From assembly GCF_009834535.1 (NCBI RefSeq), contig NC_045706.1:41354001-41418000 (forward strand): a stretch of 64,000 bases of DNA, in the 5' to 3' direction. A program made the translations under genes and the position numbers. The notes below the pieces were generated by a model, which worked only from the letters and a program-made list of their open reading frames with translations, was not told the DNA's origin and made no database searches. Position 1 is the stretch's first letter; each line of letters opens with the position of its first letter. This DNA is from Camelus ferus. Lineage: Eukaryota. Shown one piece after another: positions 38,090-50,700 of the stretch.

Positions 38090-38295
38090 CGATAGCACCC
38101 CTTACGGCACGCAGCCACCCTTTCCTGTGCCTGTAATGCATCAGACATGGTACTAAGGCACTCACTGCAGGAGAGCTCTCGTAATCCTTGCAGAAGCCCT
38201 GTAGCTTTATCCTTATTTTAGGGCAAAGAAATTGGCTCAGAGAATGTGACTGACCCGGCCAGGTTTTCATGGCTGCCTGGTGCTGACTCCATCAC
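38090..38295 (+). mobile_element. MIR fragment
   Basis: tctcgtaatccttgcagaagccctgtag...atccttatttta...gaaattggctcagagaatgtgactgacccggccagg...ctgactcc. Confidence 0.65.
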
Positions 38296-38396
38296 CTGAG
38301 ACCAAGAAGTGGTGCAGAGAAGGCAGTGCAGCTCTTTTGAGCCAAATCTCAAAAGCAGTCCGGGGAGCAGCCTTTTTTCCACATTAGCTTGTGCAG

Positions 38397-38476
38397 CGCA
38401 GACATGGCCCCCACCGGCCGCCGCCGTGCTGGGGCGCCTCTGTTTTCTGTTTAGCCCCGGGTGTGTTGCCCGCGCG
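38397..38476. promoter_or_regulatory. GC-rich CpG micro-island, candidate intronic enhancer or alternative promoter
   Basis: 10 CpGs counted in ~80 bp of unique sequence within a CpG-depleted intron. Confidence 0.4.
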
Positions 38477-41332
38477 CTTTGTGACATTCCACAGCTGGCT
38501 CCCCTTAAGACTCAGACGTGGGCATCCAGGGCCACGTTAGAGCGACTGGAAAAGCAAGATTAGAACAAGTTCTTTTTTTTTTTTTTTTTGCTTTGATTTT
38601 TAAATATTCTTAAACTTTGAAAATATAATTAAATTTAATTTGGCTAATGTTACCCGGAAGGGCAGAAAGGGGGGAAAAAGTCTTCCACATAAAGATATCT
38701 GAGATCTGATAGTCTTTCTGCCATGTCCTCTTGATTAAAAATTTAAGTTAAAAACAATGTGTATATTATCTCTTTCCATCATTTTGACGGTATGGTGTAT
38801 GCTGAAAAGTATCTTTAATATGGCTGTATATATTTTAAGCTAGAGGCAAGGTTACTTTTAAAGGTCAGTTGTTAATAACATCATTTGTTGAATGGTGTTG
38901 TATCCACATTCTAAAAGGTTTAATGTATGTTTAGACAAAGTGTTTGCTTTATATGGACAGATAGGCTCCCCCCCCCCCCAACTGCCCCATTACACACACA
39001 TCATTTTGGTACCTTAGGTCAAAGTAGAGAAGCTGATGGTAAGTTTTAAAGAGAGAAAAGATATGCAATTAGAACCATATTGGCATTTTGGCAGGTATTT
39101 ATTTTTCCAGGGTGAACGTGCTTTCGGAAATTGCCAGTAGTTGCTAGGCAGACTTCAACAAACACAAAGGACATTACCCAAGCGTCCAACCTGGCTGGTT
39201 TCTCAATTTAAATTTTGTGATTCTGGCTCACAGAATGTAGTAAACTCTATTACTCTTCAAACTCGGAGTGCAGAATTTTGTCAGCAGTCCCACTGGCATT
39301 TGAGGCAGTGATGAAGTTCTCTCCCCAGGAGGCCAGGTGACTGACTTTAAGCAAGGGTGTGCTATCCAAGGTTGTGGGCAAGGTCATATGAACTGCCTCA
39401 AGGGTGGAGAGAAACTATATAAAGAAAACAGCTCCCTCTTGCCAGGAGCGGTCGTCTTTTCCTTTGGTGCTTTCCTTTCTGATGACTGGATTTGCCTGCC
39501 GAAGATATGCTGGCTTTCTGTATCTTTCTCTTTCTTCTGGCAAATGAACAAAATTTTGTTGTACTCAGTCTTTTACTTAAATAGCTTTTCTAGATGAATT
39601 TTGAGCAATGAAACTGAAGAAATACATGCCTTTTCTGCACTAGTGATTAGATGTGAAAAACTTAAAAAAAAAATTACTGGTTAACCATAGGTCTGTCCAT
39701 TGATTGTGTTTTGTTTTGCACTGACCCCCCCCCACCCCAGGCCAAGAACAGTACTATGCTATTTACTATGAGTTAGAAAATGCAGATGAGGTATGAAGGC
39801 TCAAAGTTTAAAAGACAACACCTCTTAAATGTGTCCACCATGCTATGGGCAAGATGCTGATAAATATAACTTTTCTTTCTGCTTTCCCAAATAGAGTAAA
39901 CATGCACATTTGGGATAGTAGTAAGAATGTAAAATAGGAAATTTACCTTTATCTGTAAAAGGATTGAGTGACCCATTGTTTGGGCTGAAATTCTCCACAA
40001 TACACTAACAGAAGTAGCTTTACCATGCGTTCTGGTGAGGTATGACTGTCATCTGTCCTTCCAAAAAGGCTTCGGGTCTTGCAGGCTGCCTGCGTTATCT
40101 GTTTGGATATCATTACATAGAAATGAGGCTACGGCGGTTACTGTAAAGATGGATATCCTTCTGTGTATTGCTCTGACTGCTAATAGCCCTTTTTAGTTAG
40201 TCTCATGTGTCTGGAATATTTTGATGGAGGCTTGCATAGTATCTGTGCCTCCTGCACAGAGCCTCTTAGGAAGCTCACAATAGAAATAATGGGAGTAACA
40301 ATTTTATTTTAGGTCATCTTTTGTGAAAAATGCAACAGGTAACCCTGCAGTTGAGAGACATAAGGTCTCTCTTGCCTTCTTCTGAATTTAATTTTTTTTA
40401 AACTAACCACTAAGGAGTTTACATGCTGGATACAACAGAAGATGTTTCTTTTTGTAAGTTTATACTCCATTTGGAAAAAGACCTTTTTCTTTTTGGTAAA
40501 AAATGCTTTATACTCACTGAAAGAAAAAAAAAAAAAGCAGAATTGCTGAGCAGAAACTAAAGAACAGCCAAATTCCTCCCTGAAGATAACATACAAATTT
40601 TGGAAGCATCTCTCTGCTCAACTTCCCATCATAATTTTGCCTATTAATTTTTATTTAATTGTCACTTACTCTCTCAACTAGTCTATATTCTGTTTCTTCT
40701 AGTCATCAACTTTTCTTGTTCGTAACTATGGATTTGAACGTCCTGTTTGGTGATCATGGAATCACTTAATTTTCCCATAATAATATGAAAATATTTTACT
40801 AGAAAACTAGCATTAAACATTGAAAATTTATCTATAGGAACCATTGAAAAGAGAGGATGTTAAATTTCTGCTGCAAGAAATTTAGTGTATAAAGCATTGA
40901 AATTAGGTTGTCTTAGGAAATAGCAGGAATGTCAGAATCTCTCTGCTGCTTTAGAGTATCAGAAATCCTTGGCTTTTAGCTTAATTCAGAAATTTGAAAG
41001 AACTTACAGATAATTCATGAGTTTAGGAAGTATTTTAACGTCATAAAATACTAGTTATCTGGAATCCAGAGGAATGAATCATAGTGGTTATAGTATCAAA
41101 GACTGAAGGAGTGGTTTTCCCAAGGTGATTTTCCACACTCCTGAAAACCATCATCTGCACAATAACCTGTGTCTTTTGGCTTGTCAGCACTTTGGAAACC
41201 TAAGACTTTTCCAAGTCACAAAACCCTCTTTGGCTCTTCACAACTCCTTTTCTGTCTTGTTGATGGGATATAAAGAGCTATCCTTCACCATTGCAAGAAT
41301 GTGTGCTTAAGGGATTTGGGGAGTGCTTTCTC

Positions 41333-41370
41333 AAAAAAAAAAAAAAAAAAGAAAGAAAGAAAGAAAGAAA
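41333..41370 (+). repeat. A-run plus (GAAA)n microsatellite
   Basis: Seen directly. Confidence 0.9.
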
Positions 41371-43284
41371 GTGTGTAATCATGGGAGAGAAGCATAGCAC
41401 AGCCCTGCAAATGTGAAACCAGGTGAAATTTTCTCCAGCCACCTTTGGTCCTTCGCTTGGTCTCGAACTACAGAGAAAAGTTGACAAGCATTGCCGTGAT
41501 TGACTGTTACTGTGAGTGTTGTAAACTTTTCGGAGGACACACTGTGTTCAGCAGTGTATTTTCCAGAAATCACGACATTTTTTCCCACCCCAGCTTCAGG
41601 ACACGCTGAGTACTTCGTCAACTTGATCTAGTGTTTTCATGCCTTATTTGAATTTGGAAAGGTTTTCAGAAATAAACATGACATAACCAACTATAAAAAA
41701 AAAAAACAAACCAAAAAGAATCCCCGAAGATTTTGCTTGTTCAGCAAGCCACCAGGCCATCCCAGTGAGCGGTGTCACCGCTTTTGATGGAGACCTTTCA
41801 CAGTAGAACATGGCTGAAGTCATCATCTGCTGCAGGAGCACGTGGTACTTGGAAGTTTTAGATGCTCACAACATATAAAAATATTCCAGCAACTCTCCTC
41901 TCTGAGCTGTGGTCTCGTACACATCCCAGTGCACGTGGAGTCTGAACTGGTACTGATCCTTCAACATTTTCTTGTGCTCACCCGTTTTAAATGCCATTTC
42001 CTTCTGCCCTTTTTCAGAGAAGCCTTTGCGTCTAAACTATAAATGGTTTTTATCAGACACAGAATTTTATTCCATGTTGTGTACTGCACTCCTGTGTGAT
42101 AACCACTCTGCTGTGACTTAGTTTATTACTGTGGAGATGTCCTATGATTTTAAAGGCCGTAGTAGAGCAATGCCATGTTTAGCCTCATTCTCTGAATCAG
42201 TCAGTCTCACTCTGTCTCACACCCACACACACACCCACACCCACCATCCTGTATCTTTAACTGCCAGAGCGCTGAGGCACAGAATGGCTCTCTGTTGTTG
42301 GAAATCCTCTCCACTGCCTAAGCATAAAGCTCCTTGGTCCTTCTGCCTCTCCTCCTGATCATGTTGACTTCTGACCACTTTGCTTCTCTTTCCTCTTAGC
42401 TTTTCTTGTTTTCTTGGTAGTTCCACTACACAAGATTTGCGCAGGACCTTGTCCTGTTACCTCATGATTGGCACCGAGGACACTGAGTGGAGGGCCGTGT
42501 GTCCCTGGCATTCTGAAGAGAGCTTCAGAAGAACTGCCAACCCTGGAATCCGTGCAGCTCTTCACACTTCCTAAGAGGTGGCAGAAGCTGCTGTAAGAAC
42601 AGTAGCCGCTACTACAAGCCACCCCTCTTCCCTGCAAACCCCCTTCCCAGTAAGAAGATGGAAGTGGGAGGAAAGAGGTGGAGAGTCGTTGGTGATATGG
42701 GGCTCGTCCCCATGAAGAGGTGAGAAGGTGATCTCTTGGGAGAAAGGACTTCGCAAGGAAATCTCAAAGACTGGACGTGTCTGCAAGAGGAGGCGGGCCA
42801 CTGTTTTATTACCTGCTGGTGCAGATGTGCTGATGTGCCCCAATGCCCATGTGAGATTTGAAAAGAGGACTGGGCGGAAATTCTCCTGTAGTTCACTGTG
42901 GGTCCAGTAGATACCACTGAAGATAACTTGACTGGAGAGCTGTCTTTCTGGTTACTCACCGCTAGTGAGTGGAGCTCAGCATCTAGAGACCACTGGGTGT
43001 TCTGCTGGTGTCAGAGGATAAGGACACGTGGAGGCTGTTGGTTTTCTCATGTCAGGGAAGTGTGCAGTGGAACCAAGGATGCTTCTCAAAGCCTCATACA
43101 GATTCCCCACAAGAGAGCCACACCCGCAGACCTTCCCTGCTGAGCCTGTCAGCCGCTGGTTAGCATTAGCCAGGGAAGCACTGGAAAGCAGTGGAGAAAA
43201 GATTGCTGATGCAGCCAGAGAAGTAAGGAGGCATTTTTCTTCCATTCCATCTTCCCCTTAATAGCTGATCTTCACTGGCATGTG

Positions 43285-43455
43285 CTGTCGGCTTTAATGT
43301 GTTAACTCATCTAATCCTCCCAACCACCCCAGACCATAGTTTCTAATACTGTTCATAGTTTAGATACATAGGAAACCAAGGCACAGAGAGATTTAGTACC
43401 TGGAATTTGGATCCAGGTGGTCCAGCTCCCAAGGACATGCTGTAACCACCATATT
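43285..43455 (+). mobile_element. MIR fragment
   Basis: ttaactcatctaatcctcccaacc...ggaaaccaaggcacagagagatttag...ggaatttggatccagg. Confidence 0.7.
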
Positions 43456-43484
43456 GTGTTGTCACACCATCCGAAATCAAAAGA

Positions 43485-43665
43485 AGTGATTTTCAGTATT
43501 TTGACTGTAACCAGCAGTAAGCAGTACATTCTACACCCTGACCCAGTACATATCTACATAAAAATAAATGATAAAAGTTTAATGAAATAACATTTACATG
43601 TAATACAACCTGATCTTTTCCTATTCTTTTCTCTTCTGTTAAAAAAAAAAAATGCTAGTTCCCAC
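43485..43665. mobile_element. hAT-Charlie-type non-autonomous DNA transposon fragment (subfamily uncertain)
   Basis: cagtaagcagtacattctacaccctgacccagtaca...aaaagtttaatgaaataacatttac...ctgatcttttcctattc...aaaaatgctagt resembles a recalled Charlie MITE. Confidence 0.45.
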
Positions 43666-44929
43666 CTACTTCATGGATGCTCTGGAGCTTGGAAGAGATT
43701 TGAAGGGAGGAAAGGTCAGTGCCCCCTCCCCAGTGTGCCTTCTCTCTGTGTTGCTCTCTCCTCTTCTGTCCCTTCTCCCATGCCGCCCTGAGTTTCCTGA
43801 GCTGTAAATCCAGCTGGTCATGGCGCATGGGGTTAGCAGAATCGGTTATGAGGGTGGGGTACTGCACTGAACTGGACTGAGTTTCTAATACTGAAAGTGA
43901 CCAGAAATGTGTGTATGGATGCTTAGCTTCATGAGAAGAGATGGGGAAGAGGGGTCCAGCGAGCCCTGTTGAAAGTAGTGACAGCAGGGTTCATGGTACT
44001 GTCCCCTGCCAGTCGATTTCTTTGTGAGCTGGTGATATCAGCCTTTGACTAAATGACTCTGTGAGGGGCTGCAGTCTGACTGAGATGGCCTGTCCTCTGT
44101 GGGTCTTGCCTGCCATCCATGGAACATAGGCTACACTCTTCTTACTCACAGCTGAAGTGGAGCTGTTAGGTTTCTCATTTCAGACCTCAAGCTATTTGGT
44201 ATTACTAGCCCAGAGCTGATTTTTATCGAAATGGCTTATTTTGCTAGTTCAGACTTACTTATTACTGCATTTATTACTTATTGCATGTCATAGTCATTCA
44301 TTCCTCCTTGGTGTATAGTTTATTTTCAGTAAAACTCAGCCTGTTTATATCCTTTTAATAAGCTTTCAAAGTCAACCTGGAGCTCCTTTGTTAAAAATAA
44401 GTCAAGAAGAAAAAAATGTCTCAGTAGGAGAAGATGAAACCAATGGCAGTGAGTCTTGAGAAATTTATAAGAAGGACAAATGTTAATGGCAAAACTTCTG
44501 ATAGAGTTCATTGAATCACGCTTTCTAGAGACCAAAAAATTACTAGGCTCCTCCTTCACCCCACTCCCAACTTCCAGATTACTTTTGTTGGTGATGAGGA
44601 ATGCCTGCCTTGAACACTTTCCAGGCTGAAGTGATCGTGACCAGGCTCTGAGCTTTGTGACCTTAATCGCCCATTTGTCTGGGAGTTGGAGTGAAGCCAA
44701 CTTCTCAAAGGGAGATTTTGGCCTTTTTTGCCTGTACTTCAGTGCTTGCATGTACTTCTGCGGCCCAGTGAGGTGGGCTGTCTCTTCTTTATTTGGCACT
44801 AGGCCATCATCCTGTATTGAGAGACTGTGAGCAGAGAAGACCCAGCACATGCCAGTATTGTGGAGGACACTCACCACATCACAGACTGGACCCTATGGGG
44901 AACCTCCAGGGAAATTGCTTACAGATCTT

Positions 44930-45669
44930 TTTTTTCCCCCAATTCTAATTTTTTATTGAAGTGTAGTTGATTTCTGATGTTAGTTTCAGAGGTACAGCAA
45001 AGCGATTCAGTTATACATATACATACATATTTTTTCAGATTCTTTCCATTACAGCTCATTATGAGAACTTGAATAGAGTTCCCTGTGCTATTCAGCTTGT
45101 TCTTATGGTTTATCTATTTTATATATAGTAATGTGTATCTATTAATCTCAAACTCCTAATCTACCCCTCCCTCCACTTTCCCCTGCTGGTAACCTCAGTT
45201 TGTTTCTATGTCCATGAGTCTATTTCTGGTTTGTAAATAAAATTTGTATTTTTTTTTTTTAGATTCCACATATAAGTGACATGTGATATTTGTCTTTTTC
45301 TGACTTACTTCACNNNNNNNNNNNNNNNNNNNNNNNNNNNNNNNNNNNNNNNNNNNNNNNNNNNNNNNNNNNNNNNNNNNNNNNNNNNNNNNNNNNNNNN
45401 NNNNNNNNNNNNNNNNNNNNNNNNNNNNNNNNNNNNNNNNNNNNNNNNNNNNNNNNNNNNNNNNNNNNNNNNNNNNNNNNNNNNNNNNNNNNNNNNNNNA
45501 TTTGTAAATAGTGCTGCTTTCAATATTGGGATGCATGTGTCTTTTCAAATTATAGTTTTATCAGGATATATACCCAGGAATGGGATTGCTGGGTCATACG
45601 GTAACTGCTTTTAGTTTTTTGAAGAACCTCCATAGTGTTCTCCATAGTGGCTTCACCAATTTACAGAGT
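44930..45669 (-). mobile_element. 5'-truncated artiodactyl-type LINE-1 (ORF2 end, 3'UTR, T tail)
   Basis: Antisense L1 3'UTR and ORF2 end, with an N block at 45314-45499. 11 bp TSD ttacagatctt at 44919-44929 and 45670-45680; tt/aaga endonuclease site on the minus strand. Confidence 0.93.
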
Positions 45670-46409
45670 TTACAGATCTTAATACCAGCTTACAGACCTT
45701 AATTCCAGCAACTCTGTGCTTTTGCCTTGAAAAATGGAGCTTACTTTTTAGCTTTATGGACCATGTTGAATACTATACAAATGTGGTTTCTCTTTTTGCT
45801 GGAGGGAAGCAGGAGTCAGATTTGCAGCCCAAGGAAGTGACCATTCAAGCCCGTGTGGTGTGAAATTCTCTGCTCCAATCCTTCCCTTGGCTTTATTCTT
45901 CTCCCATTCTAATTTTCCTTCTGGGATTCTCTTGATTCTTCATACAATGCTTTTGTCTCATACATGCTTTTTAAGACACCTCCAGTCCTCATGGTGAATT
46001 ATGTACATCCAGAGTGCTGTTGCCACATAAGTGTAACGTGTGTTCTTAAAGCTTTAGCCTCATTCATCTACTGCCTTAAGTAGTGGTTGTGGTTGAAAAA
46101 TATGTTAAGACTCCAAATTCATAGTGGGAGAATGAGACCACAGCTTCTCTACAGACCTTGAAATCTTGTTCCAGGTTTGGCAAGGGTAGATATGATTAAG
46201 ATAAAAGTGAATTTTTCTTCAGATAATAGGATGAAGATGATTGAAAGGTCATGTTAATTACTCAGAGTTACCTAGGAGATTTTAAGGAACCATCCAGAGG
46301 GCCGTCCCAAACTGAGTAAAGAATTTGGACAGAAAGCATATTAAGAATTCTTACTCAACAGTTCAGAAGGTGGAATGTGAGGTGTTGATACTGAGAAGCA
46401 AGAGAACTC

Positions 46410-46540
46410 TTAAGCAGCTGCACTGCTTTGAGAAGCTGCTTTCCCTTTTTCAAATTAGTCATCCCCTCTGTAAAGTGAAGAAACTAGGCAAAGTGAACAT
46501 AACAATCTTTCCAGCTCTAAAGCTCTGTGATTTTCCAAAG
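46410..46540 (-). mobile_element. MIR/MIR3 fragment
   Basis: tcccctctgtaaagtgaagaaactagg...aatctttccagctctaaagctctgtgatt. Confidence 0.6.
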
Positions 46541-46916
46541 GCAACTGAAATAGAACCTTGAAAAGAGAGTTTACCATCACTACTTGTTGTGAGTAGAAAC
46601 TTGGAAGTCTTGGGATTCGGGGCCCTTAGTGGTGGTGGAATTAACCTTCATCCACAGACCTGCACTGCAGCCTCTTGGCTGAATGATTGGCCTCCAGACC
46701 CAGAATACAAGTGTTTTTCTGACAATTTGCAGTATAGCAAATGAAAGTAACTGTGTGTACACACATGTATGCAGGTGTGATGATAGTCGTTACCAGGAAG
46801 GTTACCAATTCACAGTCATGTTCTCAGTGAGTTTTGATATGCCCATTGTGGGTGTTCAGTGTTTACTGTTCTGACTTGAATTTCACAGCATTACCCATTT
46901 AAAACAGTCAGTTATA

Positions 46917-47270
46917 GAGAGGTGCCAAGATGGCAGAGTAGAGAGACTCACAGCTCACTCTCTCCCACAAATACACGAAGAATTACATCTACAAACCGAC
47001 TGAATCACACAGGACACTTACTGAACTCTGGTGGAGTGTCTCTTGTTTCAAAATACACAAGGATTCTCACAAAATCTGATAAACAACAAGTTTATACTGT
47101 ATAGCACAGGAAACTGTTCAATATCTTATAGTAACTTGTGGTGAAAAAGAATATGAAAATGGATATATGTATGTTCATGTATGACAGAGGCATTGTGCTG
47201 TACACCAGAAATTGACAAAACATTGTGAACAGACTATACCTCAATAAAAATATATACATACACAAAAAAA
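46917..47270 (+). mobile_element. Mini-L1: L1 5'UTR start (46917-47078) fused to L1 3'UTR end and tail (47079-47270)
   Basis: The 5' part (gccaagatggcagagtag...ctctcccacaaatacacgaagaattacatctac...cacttactgaactctgg) matches recalled cetartiodactyl L1 5' starts. The 3' part aligns to the window's own L1 3'UTR at 11310-11480. Degenerate TSD aaaacagtcagttata (46901-46916) vs aaaaccctggtcaattata (47267-47285), after a ttt/aaaa site. Confidence 0.85.
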
Positions 47271-48829
47271 CCCTGGTCAATTATATAATGCCTTGTTACT
47301 TTACCTTAGAATGAATTTTTAAACATTTTATAGAGACATAACATTTTAAAGTTGGAAGGGACCTTAAAATCTACCTTGTTAAGCATTTTAGTTTTGTGAG
47401 TTTGGGGACAAGGGTATTTAATATTGCCTGGCTGGATGTAGCTTGCTTTTATTTGTTTTACAGAACTCTTAAACATAGTCTACACATTTGGTAGAAGAAA
47501 ACAAGCACTTTGCCTAGCATGTAGTTGGAGCTTAGTTTTTTCTTCCTTTCCTCAAATGATTGTCTGCTGTTAGTGGAAGACTTCATAATTTGCATGTGTA
47601 CACGTGGAGGCTGAGCTGAGGTCTCCTTGACGGCCTGGTGTATATATGCACTGGAACGTTTTGGCCATGGCAGTAAAGACTTTAACCACTAATACAAGAG
47701 ACAAACAGGGAACAGATTAGTAGACTAGCCACACAGTAGCACATAGTTACTGCCTTAGAGCTAATTGTTGAGTGCTTTTAATGTGATTGCAACATTGTAT
47801 TTAAAAAGCTAGTTATTCTCTACAATGTGTATATTTAGCCAGGGTGAATGAATTTTGATGGTTTGTGCTGCTGATTGGTAGCTGCCAAATTTCACAAAAG
47901 AAAATGCATTTTCAGTGAGGAGGAGCAGACACAGATACCGCCCTGAGCTTGGCCAAGTAACCAGAAATAGTTTGGGGATTCATGGAGTTGTCTCCAAAAT
48001 TCCAGGGATATTGCATCATCTTCCTGGGTCTGGTTTGTTTTCGGTTCTTTTTGAAACTGAGCCCCACTGGTGGCACAAATGCTCCATAAATCACACCCAT
48101 ACTAAGATTGTGCACACCAGAGGCATTTGCGGAAATTTAAAGCCCCCGTCGTAAGCATCAGACTGGACAGGTCTCTTCTGAAGTATGGCTTTAGGTCTGT
48201 GAAAACAGCATTTCATCAAGGTTTGAACTCAGAATAGTTGAGCATGAAAAACTGCTGAAGTCTAACCTTCATTTGCCATCTGTTCAATCCACAGTCCTGT
48301 TTGAATCAGGGTACTGTGTATCCTTTACCCAGTATTACTGCCGCTGCCTTGTTCCACTCCAGCAAGTACATGTTTAGCCTGTACGGATTTTGACTTCAGT
48401 AAGGAGACATAGTTTTTTAAATCACAGAAGTTCTAGTAAGTTTGGTCTTGCAGAATTTTCATGCCTTAATTTTTATTTTTATTCCTTAAAATATTCGCAA
48501 TACTTTATTTCCGAGGATTCTGTAGGCAAATAATGTTTGTATTAGTTTGTATCCGTATTTGAGATCAAATTCAGTAATTGTTTCGTGATGCTAATAAGCA
48601 TCTGAGAGATTAAAGACTTACTTTCCCATCACTATTAATATTTTACTTACGTTTTCTTAGTGCTGTCTCTGCTAGCAGTATTGACTTTGTCAGTTGTGTT
48701 AGAACTATTTAAAAATATTTTTCAATATATGGATTATGTTCTGCATGTAGACATGTAAGATTATGTTAAATATGATCATTTCAGCAGTAGTGTCAACCAT
48801 GTACTGAGCAGTTACTGTGCATCACGGAG

Positions 48830-48965
48830 TGCCAAGTTGGTGGGTTTTCCTAAAAGCATTAAATATTGGTCTTTGATTCCACTCCCCATCCCCAAAGATT
48901 TGATTGGTCGAAGGGACAGCCTGGAGTATTGGGATTTTTAACAACCTCCCCAGGGGATTCTTTAT
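48830..48965. mobile_element. MER5A-like MITE
   Basis: gattccactccccatccccaaagatttgattggtc...cagcctggagtattgggattttaacaacctccccaggggattc. Confidence 0.6.
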
Positions 48966-48974
48966 TAATAGGTA

Positions 48975-50700
48975 AGTTTCTCTTTTAAATAATTTTAGAT
49001 CTCCACAAATGTTGCCAAGGCCTCTTGCACTCCTGTCACCCAGATTCCCAAGTGTTAACATTTTCAATGAGTTTTCTCCCCTTTTTATTAATCTATGTAA
49101 TATTAAATAATGAAATAAGGTTCCATCAACCCCAAATACTAAATGCTATGGAGTGTACCTCCCCCAAAGAAGAACACTCTCCTGCGTGCACTTATATTTA
49201 CAATGACCACTCTAGTCTTCTTCCCCCTTCACCTCCATTCTTCCTGCCCCATTTGCTTGGGTGTCAGTGTCATCATGTTGGGGGTGGGGCAGAGTAAGGC
49301 AAAGGAAAGTAAGGGAAGGAATTGGAAGAAACTGTCTATTAGCTGTCAGGAAATTAGCATTATACAAAACCATCATACGGTCCACACACTTCATTCAGAT
49401 TTCACCAAATGCCCCAGCAATGCCTGTCTTTCCCTTTCTAGTCCAGAACTGTACGTATGAGCCTATGTTGAATTTAGTTGCATGTCTATCTGTCGTCTTC
49501 AGATGGAACACATTCCTTTGTCCCTTGCTTGTTTTTCACATTCTTGAGAGACGATTCCTTCTGTAGGGAAACCCTCAGCCGGGACCACTCAGTGTTCTCC
49601 CCTGACAGGACTCAGGCTGTGCATTCTTGGCAGGGGTGATGCCATGCCCTTCAGAGTGCATCACGTCACAAAAATACTCCGTTGATCTGTCCTGCCACTG
49701 GTGATGTTAACTGTGATCACCTGATGAGGCTGGTGAATGCTGACTTCTCCACTGTGAAGTCACCATCATCCCCTTTGTATTTAGATTTTATGAGATGTTC
49801 CCAGATTGTGCCGATATCCTGTTCTTCATCAGTCTCCACCCATAAGCCCTTGAGTTCATTAATGGTCCTTCCTTTTCAGGCCTCCCCCTCCCCTGAGAGA
49901 TGCCGAATGGTGACTATTTATTTTAATTTTCCCATCTACATTTGTTAGTTGACATTCTGTAAGGGCTTTCTTTTCTTCTCTGTTCATCAGTTTATTTATT
50001 TACTTGTTTATATCAGTATGGATTAATAATTCTCATTTTATTCCATGGATTGTAATCTGATAATTTCATTATTTCGATAGTCAGATTGCCCCAGATTTGA
50101 GCTCTTTCCCATCGACTCTTGTGTTCTTCTGACAAATTCCCATCAATATTCTCTGCCCCTGTCCTGACCCTTGTTCTTTTGAGGAGAATCATGATCTGGG
50201 TACCAGTGGTGTCATTACTTCTAGGCCCTCCCAGCAGGCAGAACTAGGAAATAATACATAAAAGGGGAAAAAATTCAGTAAAATATTAACATTTAGGAAT
50301 CTGGGTGACAGGAGTGCAAGAGTTCTTGGCAACATTTTTGGAGACCCAGAATACTCATGTGTATATCTGTGACTATTTCTGTATCTTCCTCTGTTTGTAT
50401 AACTTAAAAAAAAATGGGTTTATTCTGATCAATTTGTAATTCAATTCCTCAGTATTCTTTCAATTTGTAATTCAATTCCTCAGTATTCTTTCTAGCCTTC
50501 CTTCTCCAGAAGTTGAGAAAACTGGCTTTCATTATCCGCAGTGTATTAATCTTATGCCCAATTAATTAAGTCTGCTAATGTAACCAATATTGCAACTATT
50601 CAGGAATTCTCTTTTCTGCCATCTTTGTGCTCCCCCGTTCCCCTCTCTCCCTGGCTGTCCGCGCACGATTCCCCCACCCCTCCCATCGTGGCCACACTTC
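48975..50700 (-). mobile_element. L1MC-type 3' region, fragmented, with internal duplications
   Basis: cactcctgtcacccagattccc, ctggtgatgttaactgtgatcacctgatgagg, ctccactgtgaagtcacc and ctaggccctcccagcaggcagaactagg are antisense L1MC 3'UTR motifs. Confidence 0.75.
50430..50491. repeat. Perfect 31 bp x2 tandem duplication
   Basis: caatttgtaattcaattcctcagtattcttt at 50430-50460 and 50461-50491. Confidence 0.97.

Noticed and set aside
44330-44448. Possible 119 nt exon ending GCA|GTGAGT (...KISQEEKNVSVGEDETNG)
   Set aside because: Asymmetric phase and unrecognised peptide; splice signals alone are insufficient.
44326-44877. 183 aa minus-strand ORF, the longest N-free ORF
   Set aside because: No family resemblance I can defend and no polyA or TSD. 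A BLASTP would settle it; treated as chance.
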